DNA of 64,000 nucleotides from Candidatus Altimarinota bacterium (GCA_963664295.1 OY760935.1:448001-512000), one strand, 5' to 3'. Shown: positions 30,332-39,222, numbered from the stretch's first letter. Numbers and translations: made by a program. The notes: generated by a model from the sequence alone, not told the origin.

Positions 30332-31357
30332 CTAAAAAGATGGCACAGCAGTATAAACAACACTGCCTGAGTAAATACCAGCTATTGTTTGATAATCAAC
30401 ATAAAGAATATAGTAAATTGTGTGGTCTTGTGAGTTTGTGTTTGATGCAAAACCTACTCCGCTTGCTGTACCGTCGTATAGTGTTAAGTCTGATGATGAG
30501 CTTGTGAATAATGGAGTTGACCCTGTTGCTTCAAGATCAGTTTTTAGACCTGCTTTGTCTTTTGTTGTATCTGCATTATAAGCCAAATAAGTAAACACAT
30601 TTGGCACATATGAACTACCATCGTAAACACTACCTGTATTGATGTTGTGTGTACCGTTTTTTAAAGTAGCATTAGTGTCTGAGTCTTGAAGTTGTGCTTG
30701 GATTTTATAACCATTAGCAGCATTAGTTTTAACGTTAAGTAGTGTTTTTTGAGAATAGTCTTCACCGTTTTTAACAGAAGGATCAACATTCAAATTTATA
30801 CTCGTATCATCAATGGTCATAATTAAAGCCTCTTGAACTGTAGTTGTCACAACAATTTCATTATCAATATCAGCATAAGCAATACCTGTATCAAGAGTTG
30901 TGCTTTCTGTGTCTTTTGTGGTTATTTGTATTCCATATTGTCCTGCAACAGAAGGATTTTGATCAATTACATTCACAGAAGCAGAAAGATTAATTGTGCT
31001 ACTTGCAGTAATTTCTGCACCAACAACAATACTTAATACATTACTAGTAAGATCAGCGCTGGTAATCGTCACACTTGCGCTATCATCCGTAAGAGTAAGC
31101 TCGCCAGTGGCATCAACAATATCGTCCATTGTAAAATCACTAGGAAAATTTACAATTATCTCACCTCCAGAGGGAACAGTAGTATCATTAATAAATTCAA
31201 ATGCAGAAGAAACAGCAGTAGCATCAACACTATTGTCACTCAAAGTGACAGTGGCATCAAAAGCTTTAACAGCAGGAATAAGAACAATTGTAAACAAAGT
31301 GCTAAGCACTACATAGTTCAAAAATTTTCCGATTTTTTTGGCAATTTCACACTGCAT
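30332..31357 (-). CDS. Secreted acidic beta-rich protein with a WxL/pilin-like C-terminal domain
   Basis: Signal peptide; VKTNAANGY...TIAGIYSGSVVYTAVPSF; shares TVQEALIMT and VDPSV.NGEDYSQ with its neighbour. Confidence 0.65.
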   Translation of the reverse strand: MQCEIAKKIGKFLNYVVLSTLFTIVLIPAVKAFDATVTLSDNSVDATAVSSAFEFINDTTVPSGGEIIVNFPSDFTMDDIVDATGELTLTDDSASVTITSADLTSNVLSIVVGAEITASSTINLSASVNVIDQNPSVAGQYGIQITTKDTESTTLDTGIAYADIDNEIVVTTTVQEALIMTIDDTSINLNVDPSVKNGEDYSQKTLLNVKTNAANGYKIQAQLQDSDTNATLKNGTHNINTGSVYDGSSYVPNVFTYLAYNADTTKDKAGLKTDLEATGSTPLFTSSSSDLTLYDGTASGVGFASNTNSQDHTIYYILYVDYQTIAGIYSGSVVYTAVPSF

Positions 31358-31460
31358 TTTATTTTTATCTCAAAACAAACTAATCTTAAAATTTTATTTC
31401 ATATCATTATATCATAAAAAAACCCGTTTTAAAAGGATAAAATCATTATTTTTTAGTATT

Positions 31461-31814
31461 TTAAAGCGGACAATTAAAAAAATAATTCATTGGTTTTCTT
31501 TTAAAAAAACAAAAAAACACATAAGGCAAAAAATCAAAGAAAAAATGCAATAAACCAAGAGGTAAAAATCTAGCAAGATTACCTGTGTCTTTGTGAATAA
31601 AAAAATATTCACCCTGATCTATTGCATGAATATGACGAAAAAGATTTTTTGACCGATAACTTTTCCCTTTATGAAGGCAATTTTTCTCACAAATAAAAAA
31701 CTTTTTAATTTCTAAAAAATCTTCTTTTTTAATCCACAAAAATAACCTATCAAACGGCTTTGTTTGAGCAATTTTTTTAAAAATTATGTAGTTCCACAAT
31801 TCTTTATCACTCAT
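31461..31814 (-). CDS. hypothetical protein
   Basis: Likely start MSDKELW at 31814, just after the MFS stop; the upstream extension overlaps the MFS gene. Confidence 0.5.
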   Translation of the reverse strand: MSDKELWNYIIFKKIAQTKPFDRLFLWIKKEDFLEIKKFFICEKNCLHKGKSYRSKNLFRHIHAIDQGEYFFIHKDTGNLARFLPLGLLHFFFDFLPYVFFCFFKRKPMNYFFNCPL

Positions 31815-31830
31815 AAAAAAACAAAAAAAC

Positions 31831-32397
31831 CTAAAGAACCTCTCTGGGTAAAAAATAAATATACATAGCGCTAAAAAAACAAAAAACAGACATAACAATA
31901 AACATAGCTCCAAAACCAAAAATGGTAACAACCAAACCGCCAACAATAGCACCTATTGCACCAGTGAAATAATTAATCGCCTCCCAGGCTCCCCATTCTT
32001 TGCCGATATTATGAGCATCAAGATGTTTTGAGTAAATCGCATCAAAAGCCGGTGAATATATTGCCTCCCCTAAGCCAATAACAACTTGTATCAAAAAAAC
32101 CGCCACAATTGAATTTGCCCAAACATATAAAGCAAAACCCAACCCCATAATCGCATAACCAAAAGCCATTATCAGCTCTTTATTTTTTATCTGATCACTG
32201 AAACGACCAGAAACCAAACTCACTGTCCCAGCTATAAAAGCAAAAATCGCACCTGCAAAACTAGCATCAAGAAGATCGCCACCAATTTCTTTCACAAAAA
32301 GTGCGTAAATTGGACCAAGCATAGCAGCAGCAAGCAAAATTAAGGCATTTGTTACCAATAAAATCCTTAACGCCTTATTAAATAAAAATCTTTTCAT
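31831..32397 (-). CDS. Half-size (about 6-TM) MFS transporter
   Basis: MFS motif A-like SGRFSDQIKNK; only 188 aa with intact start and stop. Confidence 0.8.
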   Translation of the reverse strand: MKRFLFNKALRILLVTNALILLAAAMLGPIYALFVKEIGGDLLDASFAGAIFAFIAGTVSLVSGRFSDQIKNKELIMAFGYAIMGLGFALYVWANSIVAVFLIQVVIGLGEAIYSPAFDAIYSKHLDAHNIGKEWGAWEAINYFTGAIGAIVGGLVVTIFGFGAMFIVMSVFCFFSAMYIYFLPREVL

Positions 32398-32411
32398 TTA
32401 AATTAATAAAA

Positions 32412-33461
32412 TTAAGGACAAACATTAGGACACTCTTCATGAATTTGCTCAATCCCCTGCTTAATTTCTTCAGAAAGTTTAATGTCCAAAGCAGAAATAC
32501 AGTCTTCTAATTGCTCTACATTTGAAGGGCCAATAATTGTGCTGATCACAAAAAATTGTTCATAAACAAAGGCAAGTGCCATTTGTGGTAAAGTTAAGCC
32601 ATGTTTTTCTGCTAAGGCTTTATATTTTTTAATTAAATTTTCCACTCTTTCTGTGCGATAGCGAGGCACAAAATCAGGATAATTGGTGAAACGACCACCC
32701 GCTGGCTTAGCATTATCTAAATAACGCCCACCCAAAACTCCATAAGCCAAAGGAGAATAAGCCAAAAGACCTATGCCTTCCCTGTGTGTAATTTCTGCCA
32801 AACTATTTTCATAAGTTCGTGTTAGCAAACTATAATTATTTTGAATACTTGCAATACGCGGTAAATCAAACTCTTTTGCCAATCGTAAATACTCCATCAC
32901 ACCCCAAGGGGTTTCATTACTAACTCCAATATGTTTAATTTTTCCTTCTTTTTGCAATTCTTGAGCCACTTTCAAAGTCTCTACAATCGGCACAGCTTTC
33001 TCATCGTCCATAGGCACATAAGCTCGTTGTCCAAATTTGTTCACATTTCTATCTGGCCAATGAAATTGATACAAATCTATATAATCAGTTTTTAGTCTTT
33101 TTAAGCTACCTTCCACAGCCAAACGAATATTTTTACGATCAAAATGAGTATTACCATCGCGTATGTAATTTTCCTCTGCACTACGAGAAGGACCAAAAAC
33201 TTTAGTTGCCAAAACAACTTGATCGCGTTTTTTTCGTGATTCAAACCAACGACCAATTATTTCTTCTGTTAATCCATATGTTTCCTTGGACGGAGGTATT
33301 GAATACATCTCTGCTGTATCCCAAAAATTAATCCCCAATTCCAAGGCTCTATCCATAACTTCAAAAGCGGTTTCTTCTGAGACATGAGCGCCAAAACTCA
33401 TTGTGCCCAAACAAATTTTACTTATTTTAGTATCTGTGCCCGAAAGCTTTGTATATTGCAT
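32412..33461 (-). CDS. Tas-like aldo/keto reductase
   Basis: ICLGTM, DTAEMY, SLKRLKTDYIDLYQFHWPDR, GVSNETPWG, LLAYSPL. Confidence 0.93.
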   Translation of the reverse strand: MQYTKLSGTDTKISKICLGTMSFGAHVSEETAFEVMDRALELGINFWDTAEMYSIPPSKETYGLTEEIIGRWFESRKKRDQVVLATKVFGPSRSAEENYIRDGNTHFDRKNIRLAVEGSLKRLKTDYIDLYQFHWPDRNVNKFGQRAYVPMDDEKAVPIVETLKVAQELQKEGKIKHIGVSNETPWGVMEYLRLAKEFDLPRIASIQNNYSLLTRTYENSLAEITHREGIGLLAYSPLAYGVLGGRYLDNAKPAGGRFTNYPDFVPRYRTERVENLIKKYKALAEKHGLTLPQMALAFVYEQFFVISTIIGPSNVEQLEDCISALDIKLSEEIKQGIEQIHEECPNVCP

Positions 33462-33576
33462 AGTGATTTATAAATACAAAATTATCGTAATGTTTAATTT
33501 ATTTTTGAGCAAACCTAAAAATATACAGTAATCAAGAGAGTTTATTACTATATACACATTTTTAATCTTTAATCAA

Positions 33577-34158
33577 TTATGACTGTGGCTCGTCCAACTC
33601 CTCAGCAACTTCAGCTGTTCTTTGATTATGACCCTGCAAGCCCCTAAAAGAAGCTAATGCATAGTTATTAGCACCTGCTTTTTCAAATTTTTCAACCAAA
33701 GCCTCAATTTTCTTTTCTGAAGACCAGTTCTGAAAATATTTCTGTGCTGTATCAAAAGCTTCTGTGTATTCTTGATTTATAATAACAAATTCAGGCTCTT
33801 TTTTAATTGCACTTTTAAGCGCTTCGTTCAAATTGGCAATAGCATCTTCCCCTCCTTGTTCTATTGCATCTAAGGTTCTTTTTTCTGCCCCTGTTGTGCG
33901 AAAAATTCCAAAAGCTGAATCAATACTATCACTAGTGGCTTCTATATCTCTTTTTAGTCTATCTGCATTAGATTTCATAACACTAACACTGCTTTCTATT
34001 GATTTTAATTTCTCGGCTTTTTTGCCTCCTTCTTCAGTTTCATCATATTTTAAAGCTGATTTTAGCGCATTTGTTTTGTCAAAGGTGCTGTCAAAACCTT
34101 TAGTAGTTCTTAGCTCTTGATCAGAATAATCCGGTTCTAAAAAGTCAGGTGTAGCCAT
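33577..34158 (-). CDS. hypothetical helical protein
   Basis: Likely start MATPDF at 34158, after the upstream gene's stop. Confidence 0.6.
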   Translation of the reverse strand: MATPDFLEPDYSDQELRTTKGFDSTFDKTNALKSALKYDETEEGGKKAEKLKSIESSVSVMKSNADRLKRDIEATSDSIDSAFGIFRTTGAEKRTLDAIEQGGEDAIANLNEALKSAIKKEPEFVIINQEYTEAFDTAQKYFQNWSSEKKIEALVEKFEKAGANNYALASFRGLQGHNQRTAEVAEELDEPQS

Positions 34159-34174
34159 TTTGTTTTTGCTTAAA

Positions 34175-34480
34175 TTAGTTAATAGAATCCAAAAGTTCAT
34201 CAGCCTTTGCACTATCTTCAAGCGCCTGCTGATTATCAAGTTCTTTTAGTTTTTTGCTTCTTATTTTCTTTAAATCATCTAAAAAGCCTTTTTTTACTTT
34301 AAATAGCTCTTGCATATTTTGCACAATCAGAGCCAAAGCTCCTTTTTGCGCCTTTTCGTCCATCTTGGAAATATTTTTAACTATGATTTTTTTAAGGCCT
34401 TCGTCTAAGTCAAAAACTCCCAAATATTCATAAATCAATTCAGTTATTTCAATATCTACATTTTTGTTTTTTATTTGCAT
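34175..34480 (-). CDS. small helical hypothetical protein
   Basis: 101-aa ORF co-oriented with and 16 bp upstream of the next gene. Confidence 0.6.
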   Translation of the reverse strand: MQIKNKNVDIEITELIYEYLGVFDLDEGLKKIIVKNISKMDEKAQKGALALIVQNMQELFKVKKGFLDDLKKIRSKKLKELDNQQALEDSAKADELLDSIN

Positions 34481-34595
34481 ATTTTTTATTTATTTTTCTA
34501 TTTATTTTAGCATTTTTATAAATTTTTTGCAAGGGGGTGAGGCGACCGCTTTATTAGGCGTGAGGTCGCAGAGCCGAGTCAAGTGCGCAAATCAA

Positions 34596-34634
34596 TTTAA
34601 AAAATATTCATGCTTTGCATGAATCTTTTTTAAA
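34596..34634 (-). terminator. Hairpin after tRNA-Pro
   Basis: TTTAAAAAATATTCATGC-TTT-GCATGAATCTTTTTTAAA inverted repeat directly 3' of the tRNA. Confidence 0.6.
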
Positions 34635-34711
34635 TGGTCGGGGCAGCAGGACTCGAACCTGCGACCTCACGGTCCCAAACCGCGCACTCTAGCCAACTGA
34701 GCTATGCCCCG
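34635..34711 (-). tRNA. tRNA-Pro(TGG)
   Basis: CGGGGCATAGCTCAGTTGGCTAGAGTGCGCGG-TTTGGGA-CCGTGAGGTCGCAGGTTCGAGTCCTGCTGCCCCGACCA; full cloverleaf with CCA. Confidence 0.96.
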
Positions 34712-34717
34712 ATGATG

Positions 34718-34966
34718 TTAAAAATCTTTACTGTCCTCCAAAATCTTTTTTAAAAACTCTCTGCCTTTACCTGATTTTAAAAACTTTTCTCTTTTCATTG
34801 CCTCTCCTCTGCTACTTACCTCCTCACAATATACCAATTTCCAAGGGCCTTTCCCAGTTGTCCAACGATTACTACCATTATTGTGAATATCAATGCGTCG
34901 ATCAATATCTTTTGTAATACCTTTATAAAGAATTCCTGCCTGATTTTTAATAACGTAAACGAACAT
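34718..34966 (-). CDS. GIY-YIG nuclease family protein (82 aa), copy 1
   Basis: FVYVI..LYKGIT.DIDRR..HN.G..WT...GPWKLVY.E...AMKREKFLKSGKGR. Confidence 0.92.
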   Translation of the reverse strand: MFVYVIKNQAGILYKGITKDIDRRIDIHNNGSNRWTTGKGPWKLVYCEEVSSRGEAMKREKFLKSGKGREFLKKILEDSKDF

Positions 34967-34973
34967 AAAAAGT

Positions 34974-35032
34974 AAACCTGCGACCTCATCCGCCTAAGGC
35001 GGACGCACTCTAGCCAACTGAGCTATGCCCCG
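34974..35032 (-). pseudogene. Truncated tRNA-Pro copy with the anticodon arm replaced by TCCGCCTTAGGCGGA
   Basis: Identical 5' acceptor strand, D-arm, variable loop and 5' T-stem; stops in the T-loop. Confidence 0.85.
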
Positions 35033-35038
35033 ATGATG

Positions 35039-35287
35039 TTAAAAATCTTTACTGTCCTCCAAAATCTTTTTTAAAAACTCTCTGCCTTTACCTGATTTTA
35101 AAAACTTTTCTCTTTTCATTGCCTCTCCTCTGCTACTTACCTCCTCACAATATACCAATTTCCAAGGGCCTTTCCCAGTTGTCCAACGATTACTACCATT
35201 ATTGTGAATATCAATGCGTCGATCAATATCTTTTGTAATACCTTTATAAAGAATTCCTGCCTGATTTTTAATAACGTAAACGAACAT
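35039..35287 (-). CDS. GIY-YIG nuclease family protein (82 aa), copy 2
   Basis: Identical to copy 1. Confidence 0.92.
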   Translation of the reverse strand: MFVYVIKNQAGILYKGITKDIDRRIDIHNNGSNRWTTGKGPWKLVYCEEVSSRGEAMKREKFLKSGKGREFLKKILEDSKDF

Positions 35288-35294
35288 AAAAAGT

Positions 35295-35353
35295 AAACCT
35301 GCGACCTCATCCGCCTAAGGCGGACGCACTCTAGCCAACTGAGCTATGCCCCG
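35295..35353 (-). pseudogene. Second truncated tRNA-Pro copy with the palindrome
   Basis: Identical to 34974-35032. Confidence 0.85.
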
Positions 35354-35374
35354 ATGATGTTAAAAATCTTTACA

Positions 35375-35426
35375 AGCTCATCCACCACCTAAGGCGGACG
35401 CATTTTACCCAACCAAGCTATGCCCG
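35375..35426 (-). pseudogene. Third, decayed tRNA-Pro/palindrome copy
   Basis: CGGGCATAGCTTGGTTGGGTAAAATGCGTCCGCCTTAGGTGGTGGATGAG on the minus strand; followed only by the last ~12 nt of the nuclease gene. Confidence 0.7.
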
Positions 35427-35698
35427 AATTTTAAACGAGCTTTCCTATTCTAATTAAAAATTAAAATAAATCAATATTTTTATTGCAAAATCATCATTGT
35501 TCAAAAAATGTATTCAATAAATTCAATCATAATAACATTAAAAATAAACATTTTTTACTTACAGAATAAAATTTTTATACATATTATTCATTTCTATTAA
35601 AAGCTATTTATGAATTATGAAATCTATTTAATTTTCAGGTTTGACAGTAATATTTATTTGATTTAAAAAGTAAGTATATGTATAAAAAAATTTAATCA

Positions 35699-36844
35699 AT
35701 GCCTGTTTTAACAAAAAAGACCCTTGGTCTTTTCGAGAGGTGGCTGGATTTTTTACTAACTGCGAATAATAATTCTGCGAATAAAGTGGTTTTAATAGAC
35801 TTTTTCTTAAAAGAATTTACCAAAAACACTAAAGAGTTTTATCGTTTTTTGTTTTATCTGGAAAATATTTTAACAAGCAAAAAACAGAGTCACATTGCGA
35901 CTAGAGATAATCTGGCAACAAAGCATATTAATATTATTTCTCCGCTTAGTGATCGTTTTAATTTTTATGAAGAAAAATGTAAGTTGGACGATATCTGTTT
36001 TAAAATTTTAGAACCTAAAAAATACAAAAAACTTTCCAGAGAGGTTTTGAGGTATAAAAAAAACTCAAAAAAAATAATTAAACAAGGTTCAAATATTTTA
36101 AACAATCTTTTGTTGAATAAAAATTATGAATTTATTCTTAGAGGTCGTTATAAAAACATTTATAGCATCTATCAAAAACTACAAAAAAAGCAAAAAAAGA
36201 AAATAAATAGTCTTAGTGATGTTTTTGCTTTTAGGATTATTCTTAAAAACAATAATCCTCAGGCTTGTTATCAAATACTCAGCCTTCTGCATGATAATTT
36301 TAATGTTTTGTCTAAAAAATTTAAGGACTACATCAATATTCCTAAAATTAATGGCTATCAAAGTATTCACACTAGCTTAAAAGACCTAATACCTAACCTT
36401 GATTTACTTATTGAAGTTCAAATCAGAAGTCAAAAAATGCATGATTTTGCTGAAAAAGGTTTGGCTGCACATTGGCTTTATAAACACCAAATAAGCCACT
36501 TTGAATTTCAAAATAAATTTTTTCCTGCCCATAGAGCTGAGGACATGGTTTACTTTTTTTCTTTTGAGGGTGATCTTTTTAAAATGGAAAAAGGTGTTAA
36601 AATTATAGACTTTGCTTATAATATACATACAAGCATAGGCAACAAGGCAAAATCTGCAATTGTAAATGGTAATATTAAAAATATTGATTATGAAATTAAA
36701 GAGGGAGATAAGGTAAAAATTCTTAAATCTAGTTTTGATAGGGTAAAAATTAAGTGGCTGGAATACACAAGTAATAAAAACACTCGCAAAAAAATAATTT
36801 ATGCTACAAAAAAATATGGAAACAACCTACAAGCAACTAATTAA
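35699..36844 (+). CDS. RelA/SpoT-family (p)ppGpp synthetase domain plus TGS; no HD hydrolase motif and no ACT domain
   Basis: GRYKNIYSIYQK, DVFAFRII, KDYINIPKINGYQSIHT, EVQIRS..MH..AEKGLAAHWLYK, IDFAYNIHTSIG. Confidence 0.88.
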   Translation: MPVLTKKTLGLFERWLDFLLTANNNSANKVVLIDFFLKEFTKNTKEFYRFLFYLENILTSKKQSHIATRDNLATKHINIISPLSDRFNFYEEKCKLDDICFKILEPKKYKKLSREVLRYKKNSKKIIKQGSNILNNLLLNKNYEFILRGRYKNIYSIYQKLQKKQKKKINSLSDVFAFRIILKNNNPQACYQILSLLHDNFNVLSKKFKDYINIPKINGYQSIHTSLKDLIPNLDLLIEVQIRSQKMHDFAEKGLAAHWLYKHQISHFEFQNKFFPAHRAEDMVYFFSFEGDLFKMEKGVKIIDFAYNIHTSIGNKAKSAIVNGNIKNIDYEIKEGDKVKILKSSFDRVKIKWLEYTSNKNTRKKIIYATKKYGNNLQATN

Positions 36845-38375
36845 AAATATGGGTGAAGCTGCCTGGCTTGGTAATATAAATGGAAAAACTACCTTTGCCA
36901 ATACTGCATTTTATAAATTGCTTGATATCAAAAAAGAGACTTTAAATAAAAAAAATATTTTTGATTTCTTAGAATTAAAAAATAAAGGGGTAAAATCTTG
37001 TCATGAGGCTGTTTTATTAAGAAAAAACAAACAAAAAATTCCTATTTATTTACACAATATTAAATTAGATGATGATTGGTGTATAAAAATAGCTACTGAT
37101 TTACGAAAAATAAAAAAACAAGAGTCTGTTTACAAAAAATTGATTGAAAATATGCATGAGGGCGTGTGGATGGGTGATGAAAAAAACAGAACTATTTACG
37201 CCAATCCCCGCTTCTGCTCTATGCTTGATTATTCTTTTGAAGAAATGGCTGGTAAAGACTTTTTTTCTTTTTGGGACAAAAAAAGCATTGAAAAAATTAA
37301 AAAATTAAATAAAACCAAACACAAAAAAGGCTTAAGCACTGCATGCGAAGGAATTTTGCTTTCCAAAAAAAGAGAAATGCCAGTATTTTTAAGCGCCACT
37401 CCTCTGTGTAGCGGTGGTTTTATTGGTATTATTACTGATTTAAGTGAGCTAAAAAAGAAAGAAAAAAGCGAAAAAATGCTCTCAAAAGCAATTAAATATT
37501 CAACTGATGCAATTATTGTCTTCAATGACAAAAGAAAAGTTCTTATTTGGAATAAGGGTGCAAAAACAATGCTTGGTTATAAAGAATCAGAAATAATCAA
37601 CAAAGATATAAAAACAATAATCCCCTTACAAAAGCTAAGATTAATGTTGAAAAATTGCGAAGGTCTACAGAATCTGGAAATCGAAGTAAAGCATAAAAAT
37701 GGAAACAAAATTAAAATTGCTACTACTTTTACTCCTATTTTTAACAAAAAAAACGAAAATCATGACAATGAAGATAATTATTTAATTATTGCCAGAGATA
37801 TTACTACTCAAAGAAGCCTTGAAGAAGAACTCGATATTAAACATCAAAAAATAAAAGAGGTCTATGGCGATCTTGGCAATATTAAGCGCCAAACTGACTA
37901 TATGTTTGAGCTTATTGATCTTTGTAATGAAAATCATGACAAAAAAACAATAGCTGATTTCATTGTGAGTTCTATTGCCATGTTAACCAAAATTGATGCT
38001 TGCGTTTTTAGAATTCATGAGCCTGGAAAAGGTACTCTTGAATTACTTTCTTCTTTTGGAGTTGGTGCTGATTGGGCTGGTAAATCTACCATTAAACTAA
38101 AAAACAGCCTTTTAGAAAGAGCTTACAAAAAAAACTTTCCTTTAAAAATTATTGATATTGGCAAAGAACTTCAGTATCAATCAAAACATTTGGCAAAAAA
38201 AAATAATTTATATTCTTTACTTTTAGTTCCTATTCAGTTTCAGGGTCAATTAATTGGCAGTTTGTCGCTTTATGCAAGTCCGGAGAAAAAAATTAGTATC
38301 TTTGAAAATGATTTTATTGAAAAATACAGCAAGCTCATCAATATGATTGTCTATCACATGGTTTATTTGAGCTAA
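36816..38375 (+). CDS. PAS-PAS-PAS-coiled coil-GAF sensor protein with no output domain
   Basis: YKQLIKNMGEAAW, YKKLIENMHEGVW..YANPRF..ML.Y, DAIIV..WNKGA..MLGY..RDIT; C-terminal SLLLVPIQFQGQLIGSLSLY then stop; alternative start 36801. Confidence 0.85.
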   Translation: METTYKQLIKNMGEAAWLGNINGKTTFANTAFYKLLDIKKETLNKKNIFDFLELKNKGVKSCHEAVLLRKNKQKIPIYLHNIKLDDDWCIKIATDLRKIKKQESVYKKLIENMHEGVWMGDEKNRTIYANPRFCSMLDYSFEEMAGKDFFSFWDKKSIEKIKKLNKTKHKKGLSTACEGILLSKKREMPVFLSATPLCSGGFIGIITDLSELKKKEKSEKMLSKAIKYSTDAIIVFNDKRKVLIWNKGAKTMLGYKESEIINKDIKTIIPLQKLRLMLKNCEGLQNLEIEVKHKNGNKIKIATTFTPIFNKKNENHDNEDNYLIIARDITTQRSLEEELDIKHQKIKEVYGDLGNIKRQTDYMFELIDLCNENHDKKTIADFIVSSIAMLTKIDACVFRIHEPGKGTLELLSSFGVGADWAGKSTIKLKNSLLERAYKKNFPLKIIDIGKELQYQSKHLAKKNNLYSLLLVPIQFQGQLIGSLSLYASPEKKISIFENDFIEKYSKLINMIVYHMVYLS

Positions 38376-38376
38376 T

Positions 38377-39201
38377 TTAATGCACTGTTTGCTTTTGGGT
38401 GGCAAAAATCTCCTCAGCTATTTTAATGTGTTCCTCAAAAAGACCTGCTTCATCTGGAGTAATAACTTCTGGTTTTCCATATTGCAAATGCTTAACCGGA
38501 ACTATAAAGGCTGGATTATCACCTTGAAATAATACTTTATGATGCAAAAGAGGATGATCAAAATTAGTTATATTACCTAAAGCATTGCGCACTCCACTAA
38601 CCTGCCACCTAAATAAATCTAATATATCAGATGGTAAACGACTGTCTGCAAAATAAATAACTTGATCTAACTGATCAGGTGAAAGCAATTTAATTACCGG
38701 TAAATCTGGGTCATTTTTATCTATCTCAAGTGGTAATTCTTGCAAATTATCACGACATTCATTTGCATTTACAGCTATTGGATCTAATGCCTTTTTTTTA
38801 ATAAAACCTCTATAATAAGGGGCGTCTTCTGGTTGCTCAAAAAAATATTGCATTTTTCCGCCTGTGCCAGATTTTTCCCCTTCAAATATTTTTTTCCAAC
38901 CATGCTGAGGATGATACATTTGTCTTCCTGCTTGATATTGAGCAATGGCCATTAAAAGCCTTTTGAAATAATGAATTAACAATTGTTGATATTCTGCGTT
39001 AAATATTTCAGAAGGCACTAATTCTTCAGCTTTTTCAACTCTTTCTTTTTCTTGATAAAGTGCTTTTTTTAAACCATTTTCATTTAAAGCAGTTCTTAAC
39101 ATTGCTTCTCTTTCTTTGTCTGCCTCCTGACCTGATAAAAAACTACTTCTATGATCTTTAATGATCATTCCTGACTTTTCGCTTTTATATTCTGCGGACA
39201 T
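38377..39201 (-). CDS. hypothetical protein
   Basis: 274-aa ORF with its own promoter-like sequence. Confidence 0.7.
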   Translation of the reverse strand: MSAEYKSEKSGMIIKDHRSSFLSGQEADKEREAMLRTALNENGLKKALYQEKERVEKAEELVPSEIFNAEYQQLLIHYFKRLLMAIAQYQAGRQMYHPQHGWKKIFEGEKSGTGGKMQYFFEQPEDAPYYRGFIKKKALDPIAVNANECRDNLQELPLEIDKNDPDLPVIKLLSPDQLDQVIYFADSRLPSDILDLFRWQVSGVRNALGNITNFDHPLLHHKVLFQGDNPAFIVPVKHLQYGKPEVITPDEAGLFEEHIKIAEEIFATQKQTVH

Positions 39202-39222
39202 TTTAAAAAATAAAAGGTTGGC

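Larger units (their letters stand above)
34656..35371 (-). repeat. 321-bp tandem duplication (partial tRNA-Pro plus GIY-YIG gene)
   Basis: The two ORFs start at 34966 and 35287 with identical sequence; flanks repeat with the same period. Confidence 0.95.

Noticed and set aside
34974-35032. Ochre suppressor tRNA (TTA at the anticodon position)
   Set aside because: Lacks the 3' T-stem, acceptor strand and CCA; the TTA is the loop of a perfect palindrome
34718-35287. Group I intron with homing endonuclease inside tRNA-Pro
   Set aside because: Only about 7 nt flank the ORF, leaving no room for a ribozyme core, and the downstream tRNA is complete
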